Below, piece after piece: positions 59,973-64,000 of a stretch of 64,000 nucleotides of DNA (its first letter is position 1; every line of letters begins with the position of its first letter). Source of the DNA: Methanobacteriota archaeon (GTDB lineage Archaea; Thermoplasmatota; Thermoplasmata; SG8-5; JAGLSY01); NCBI GenBank assembly GCA_020696385.1, contig JAEHCQ010000001.1, positions 352,001-416,000 of the forward strand, in the 5' to 3' direction. The notes beneath the pieces are model-generated. The model did no database searches. It was not told the DNA's origin and saw only the letters and a list, made by a program, of their open reading frames with translations. Both the position numbers and the translations under genes were made by a program.

Positions 59973-60980
59973 TTATCCGAATAGGGCACCAAGTCCTGCT
60001 GCTGCATCCTCTTCGGTAGCCTCTTCTTCCTCGTCATCGTTTGGCTTCTTGTCATCCTCTGTAGTTGCTTCTGTAGCTGCGGGTGCGGCTACAGGGGTGG
60101 CAGATATCCTTGCTTTCAGATCGTCATCCAGTGCATCTGGCACTTGGGATGCCACTGCCATCATCTTGCCTGTTGCGATCGCAAGAAGCATCTCGATGGT
60201 ATCCTTATTAGCGACACCTGCATTGAGCGCGAGGCTCATTGCATCCATCTGGGCCTTGCTTATCAATGGCCTGATGGTAAGTGGTGTTGTGTAGGATATG
60301 AATGTTGCCAGATTGAAAGAGCTGGATATGACATAGTTCAGGTTGCCCATGAAGGCCTCTTCATCGATGTTCAATACATCTTTCCTGAAGATCGTGCCAT
60401 TCTCATAGACCGCGCCCATGTCCATTCCCACGGTCAATGGGAATATCTCCAACTTCGTGAGCATGGATGCCACGCTTGCTGGGATGGGTTCTCCCTCTTT
60501 GACAAGAACTTTCGTCTTCTTTATAACGACTTTCCCGCCCTCAATGGCTGCTGGTATTCCAGCTTTCTGGAAATCTCCGACTATTGGACCTGGTTTGAAT
60601 GGAGTATCTCCTGCTTTGAGCTCTATCTCATCTGGAGCTATCTCGCCGCCCTTTGCAGGGGCAGCTGTCTTTGTTGCTTCCAGACTTTTGTATAACTTGA
60701 ATGGGTTCATGTCAGTTGCTATTATCGCACACTGGCCATTGACCTCGTCTACCAGGCCTTCCAGGCCCTTCTTGTCCTTGGACATCTCCTTCAATGCCCT
60801 CTCGATAAGATTGTTCTTTGCAACGATAAGCTGTGCTTTCCCCTTGAGGTTCCTTCTCATCTTCTGGATCTGAGGACCAGGGATACCGTTCACCCTGACG
60901 ATACCTATCACTTCACTATCTTTAATAATTGAAGTCAGGTCATCGACATAGGCTTTCTTCCATTTCGCTGCTTGAGTCAT
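59973..60980 (-). CDS. rplP0: Ribosomal protein uL10/P0
   Basis: KWKK, KNNLI, AGDTPFKPGP, GLGALFG tail. Confidence 0.97.
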   Translation of the reverse strand: MTQAAKWKKAYVDDLTSIIKDSEVIGIVRVNGIPGPQIQKMRRNLKGKAQLIVAKNNLIERALKEMSKDKKGLEGLVDEVNGQCAIIATDMNPFKLYKSLEATKTAAPAKGGEIAPDEIELKAGDTPFKPGPIVGDFQKAGIPAAIEGGKVVIKKTKVLVKEGEPIPASVASMLTKLEIFPLTVGMDMGAVYENGTIFRKDVLNIDEEAFMGNLNYVISSSFNLATFISYTTPLTIRPLISKAQMDAMSLALNAGVANKDTIEMLLAIATGKMMAVASQVPDALDDDLKARISATPVAAPAATEATTEDDKKPNDDEEEEATEEDAAAGLGALFG

Positions 60981-61615
60981 TACATCAACCTCACTGATGG
61001 ACCCATAGTGGTCTTGACGTAGACGGATGATATGTTCTGATCACCGCGCTCTAACTTGGATTTCAATCTTGTGATGACAGCGTCTATGTTCTCGGCGATA
61101 TCTTCCGGGCTCATGTCCTTGGTTCCGACCATCGTATGGAAGGTCTTGCTCTCTTTTGATCTTATTTTGACGGTCTTCCTCAGACCAGTTATTAGCACTG
61201 TTGGATCCATGCCCGGTGGTACTGGCTTAGGCATCTTTCCACGAGGACCCAGGAAAATACCCAATCTCTTACCAATTGTGGGCATAAGTGGAGCCTCTGC
61301 AATGAAGAACGCATGCTTGTTAGCCAATTTCCTGGCCTTCCTCTTCTCATCAGCATACTCTTCGATCTCTTCGGGTGTGATGACCATATCGGCAACTCCC
61401 TTTGCCTTTACTGCAAGTTCACCACTAGCGAAAACCGCAATTTTCATGTCCTTGCCCCTTCCTTTTGGAAGTTGGATCTCTTCTTCAATCCTGTTCTTAG
61501 GTACCTTCAGGTCGATATCTTTCAAATTAATAGCCAGCTCTACTGACTCTATGAATTTACGCTCCTGAGCATCTTCGATCGCCTTCTTCAAGGCTGCCAT
61601 CATGTTTGGGTCCAT
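60980..61615 (-). CDS. rpl1: Ribosomal protein uL1
   Basis: RKFIESVEL, LGPRGKMP, VKTTMGP. Confidence 0.97.
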   Translation of the reverse strand: MDPNMMAALKKAIEDAQERKFIESVELAINLKDIDLKVPKNRIEEEIQLPKGRGKDMKIAVFASGELAVKAKGVADMVITPEEIEEYADEKRKARKLANKHAFFIAEAPLMPTIGKRLGIFLGPRGKMPKPVPPGMDPTVLITGLRKTVKIRSKESKTFHTMVGTKDMSPEDIAENIDAVITRLKSKLERGDQNISSVYVKTTMGPSVRLM

Positions 61616-61627
61616 TGGATATTCCTC

Positions 61628-61660
61628 CTGTAGTTAGTCGGGGGATTAGCCCCTCCTACA
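61628..61660 (-). promoter_or_regulatory. L1-binding autoregulatory mRNA leader
   Basis: CUGUAG-GAG-GGG-loop-CCC-C-GACUAA-CUACAG matches the L1-binding rRNA-mimic layout and overlaps the SD AGGAGG. Confidence 0.75.
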
Positions 61661-61800
61661 GTATCACATAACTTAACTGTGGAGACCGAGTAAACAAAGA
61701 GGTGTTTATAAGCGTTTTGGTAAATATGGTGGTAAAGAAGACATACATAACTCTTATCAACTAAACAACTAAAGATTGTGATCAAAAGATCGGGCTCTCA

Positions 61801-62076
61801 TTAAGGTTCCAGCCACTTACCAAGCTCGCCGTATTCCTGAATGACCCTTACTATTCCCAGGACTTCCAATAATATGAAAAGTATCAGCATCAGAACAGGA
61901 TAAAGTGAATAATCTCCCTTTATAATAATAAATGATATCAATATACCAAAGAATATGAGAGAAGCCACACTGGCCGCTCTTCCCTTCTTATTGGGTATTA
62001 TTTTTGGAGCATCTGAAGGAGCATTTTCCGATGTCTCTATTGATATTTCTGGATCATTGGCTTCAATTGCTTCCAT
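61801..62076 (-). CDS. Small 2-TM membrane protein
   Basis: Two hydrophobic helices; 1-nt gap to the upstream gene. Confidence 0.6.
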   Translation of the reverse strand: MEAIEANDPEISIETSENAPSDAPKIIPNKKGRAASVASLIFFGILISFIIIKGDYSLYPVLMLILFILLEVLGIVRVIQEYGELGKWLEP

Positions 62077-62077
62077 T

Positions 62078-62812
62078 CTATTTCTCCTTCTCGATTATCG
62101 CTATGTATTGATGTTCATTGTCCAGATACTGGCTCACTTTCCACCCCGTGCCTTCGAGGATCATCTCCATCTCACCCTTGGACACTATAAGATAATCAAA
62201 CCACGGGGTCTTGTATTTTTTGTATCTGGCTCTTATTCTGACCTGGCCTCCCAAGCGGCCAAGTTTTTTATTTCTTTTGTGATACCATAGATGTTCGGGC
62301 TTCTCAGTGGAATAAACATCCATGGATTCTGTGATGATCCTGGCATCTGCCGAGGTCATTGAATGAAAACGCTTGAGCAACCATCTGGCTCGCTTCATAC
62401 TGCTGAATAATCCAAAATTATTGCCCAGCATGAGGATGGTGTCGAACTTGCCCAATTTGGAAGATATCTGGGTGATATCCATGAGCTTTGTCTTCTTCAA
62501 TCCTCTTTCCTTGCAGGCCTTCAATGCCAGAGCTGAATTATCCACCCCGAGAACATCCAGGCCTTTATTTTGCAGATAGATCGAATGGCGGCCGGCACCA
62601 CAACCTATGTCCATGATGCGACCCTTGGCAAGCTTCATGGCCTTCTTTTCATGCGAAGGCCAGTCCTTGTATTCTGTCAGATAACTGTGAGCTCCCAGCA
62701 TCACATCCACATACCCATCATCCCTTTCGATGACATGGTCAGTCTCCAGACCTTTGTGATTATCGTAGATCACATGCCCGAATGCGTCATCATTATCCTT
62801 CCAGCCAGTCAT
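62078..62812 (-). CDS. Class I SAM-dependent methyltransferase
   Basis: MDIGCGAGRH, FDTILMLGNNFG. Confidence 0.88.
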   Translation of the reverse strand: MTGWKDNDDAFGHVIYDNHKGLETDHVIERDDGYVDVMLGAHSYLTEYKDWPSHEKKAMKLAKGRIMDIGCGAGRHSIYLQNKGLDVLGVDNSALALKACKERGLKKTKLMDITQISSKLGKFDTILMLGNNFGLFSSMKRARWLLKRFHSMTSADARIITESMDVYSTEKPEHLWYHKRNKKLGRLGGQVRIRARYKKYKTPWFDYLIVSKGEMEMILEGTGWKVSQYLDNEHQYIAIIEKEK

Positions 62813-62818
62813 ATTCCA

Positions 62819-64000
62819 TCACTCCAGTTTCTTCAATTGTAAATTGTAAAGGGACACCATTTCCTCGGTAGTGGTCGCATCCTCCGGCCCCTTGTCCTCG
62901 CGAAGGCCGATGAACCTGGGAAATCTTATGGCCAGCCCATTTCCCTTTCTTATCTCGTCAAGGCCGCAGGTGTGGATCGGTGAAAGGGTTATTTCAGCTC
63001 CTTTCACTTCCATCACGACCACTGGCTCGAACCAATAATCGGGTATCATCTTGGATTTAACGCGTATTGGCATCTTCTTCACTTTGTGCTCATCCAGCAT
63101 ACTGGAGAAGGAGGCCAGCATCTCGTCATTGAAGCCGCTTCCCAGCTTGGTCACGGACTCGAATGTGTCGGTCTCATGGTTGTAGGTGGCCATCAAAAGC
63201 GCGCCGTATGTGCCGGCGCGGCGACCCTTGCCAGCAAATCCACCAATGATAGCCAGGTCCACGGTATCATTCAATTCCGATTTGTAATCGCGCTTGAATT
63301 TCACCCACTGCCAGCCGCGGGAGCCAGCACGATAGAATGATTCCTCGCCGATCGACTTGGCAATTATCCCTTCACAACCATCGTCAAGAGATCTCTGGAA
63401 AAATGATTCTGCCTCGTCTGGATCGTCGGTGATCAGGGAATTGGAAATTAATACATTGTCCGAGGTCTTGATACAGCTGGCCAGCCTCTCCCTACGATTG
63501 GGATAGGGTATGTTCACAAGCTCTCTTCCATCGAGAAAAAGGCAATCGAAAAAGAACACGGCCACTGGATAATCCTTGATGGCGGAATCCAGTTCGGTCT
63601 TGCGACCTCGACGGTGGCTGACTTCCTGAAAGGGCAGCATCTCGCCAGTATTGATGTCCACTGGCACACATTCTCCATCCAGAATACACTCCTTCCCCGC
63701 GAATGCTCCCCGCATGGATTCGACCACATCCGGAAATTGGGCTGTGACATTCTCCAGCTGTCTGGTATACAGCTGGATATTCTGACCTTCATCCGCCTGC
63801 CAGATATGCGCCTGCACCCTCAATCCATCATACTTGTATTCAAAGGAACATTTGCCCAATTTTTCTATTATTTCAGGTATGCCAGGCAGTCTTTCACAAA
63901 GCATAGCTCTGAGTGGGGTTCCGGCCTCCAACTCTATGAGGTCCAGTCCATCGATTCCGTCCGCAGCCAGTGTATTGGCCACCTTTCCAAGATCGGAGCA
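62819..64000 (-). CDS. lig: ATP-dependent DNA ligase (5' end outside the window)
   Basis: EYKYDG adenylation motif, LDGE, EGIIAK, WVKFKRDY, IRFPRF. Confidence 0.96.
   Translation of the reverse strand, partial: CSDLGKVANTLAADGIDGLDLIELEAGTPLRAMLCERLPGIPEIIEKLGKCSFEYKYDGLRVQAHIWQADEGQNIQLYTRQLENVTAQFPDVVESMRGAFAGKECILDGECVPVDINTGEMLPFQEVSHRRGRKTELDSAIKDYPVAVFFFDCLFLDGRELVNIPYPNRRERLASCIKTSDNVLISNSLITDDPDEAESFFQRSLDDGCEGIIAKSIGEESFYRAGSRGWQWVKFKRDYKSELNDTVDLAIIGGFAGKGRRAGTYGALLMATYNHETDTFESVTKLGSGFNDEMLASFSSMLDEHKVKKMPIRVKSKMIPDYWFEPVVVMEVKGAEITLSPIHTCGLDEIRKGNGLAIRFPRFIGLREDKGPEDATTTEEMVSLYNLQLKKLE

Overview
Gene-dense archaeal chromosomal window. RadA, Dph5, Trm5, Tsr3, RaSEA, ribosomal P0/P1 and an ATP-dependent ligase sit beside bacterial-type gyrBA, which fits Thermoplasmatota (inference). 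It holds about 55 CDS, tRNA-His and a box C/D guide sRNA that the ORF track misses. I see no CRISPR array, integrase or transposase. Housekeeping content includes the tkt-tkt-tal operon, gyrBA, metG, an Aeropyrum-type mevalonate cluster and rpl1-rplP0-rpl12 with an L1 autoregulatory leader. Best candidates for new biology: (1) a compact mtrA-mtrH-core metE-DUF4346 operon that looks like a split corrinoid-dependent methionine synthase; (2) a stand-alone Cas4-like nuclease with four transmembrane helices inserted inside its Fe-S ligand span; (3) a degenerate FtsZ upstream of two giant TPR proteins, one with an acidic linker and one with an apparently inactive Mrr domain, Zn ribbons and HhH; (4) a 28-nt alternating purine-pyrimidine tract in the predicted gyrase promoter. 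All family calls come from motif recognition by eye, and no searches were run.
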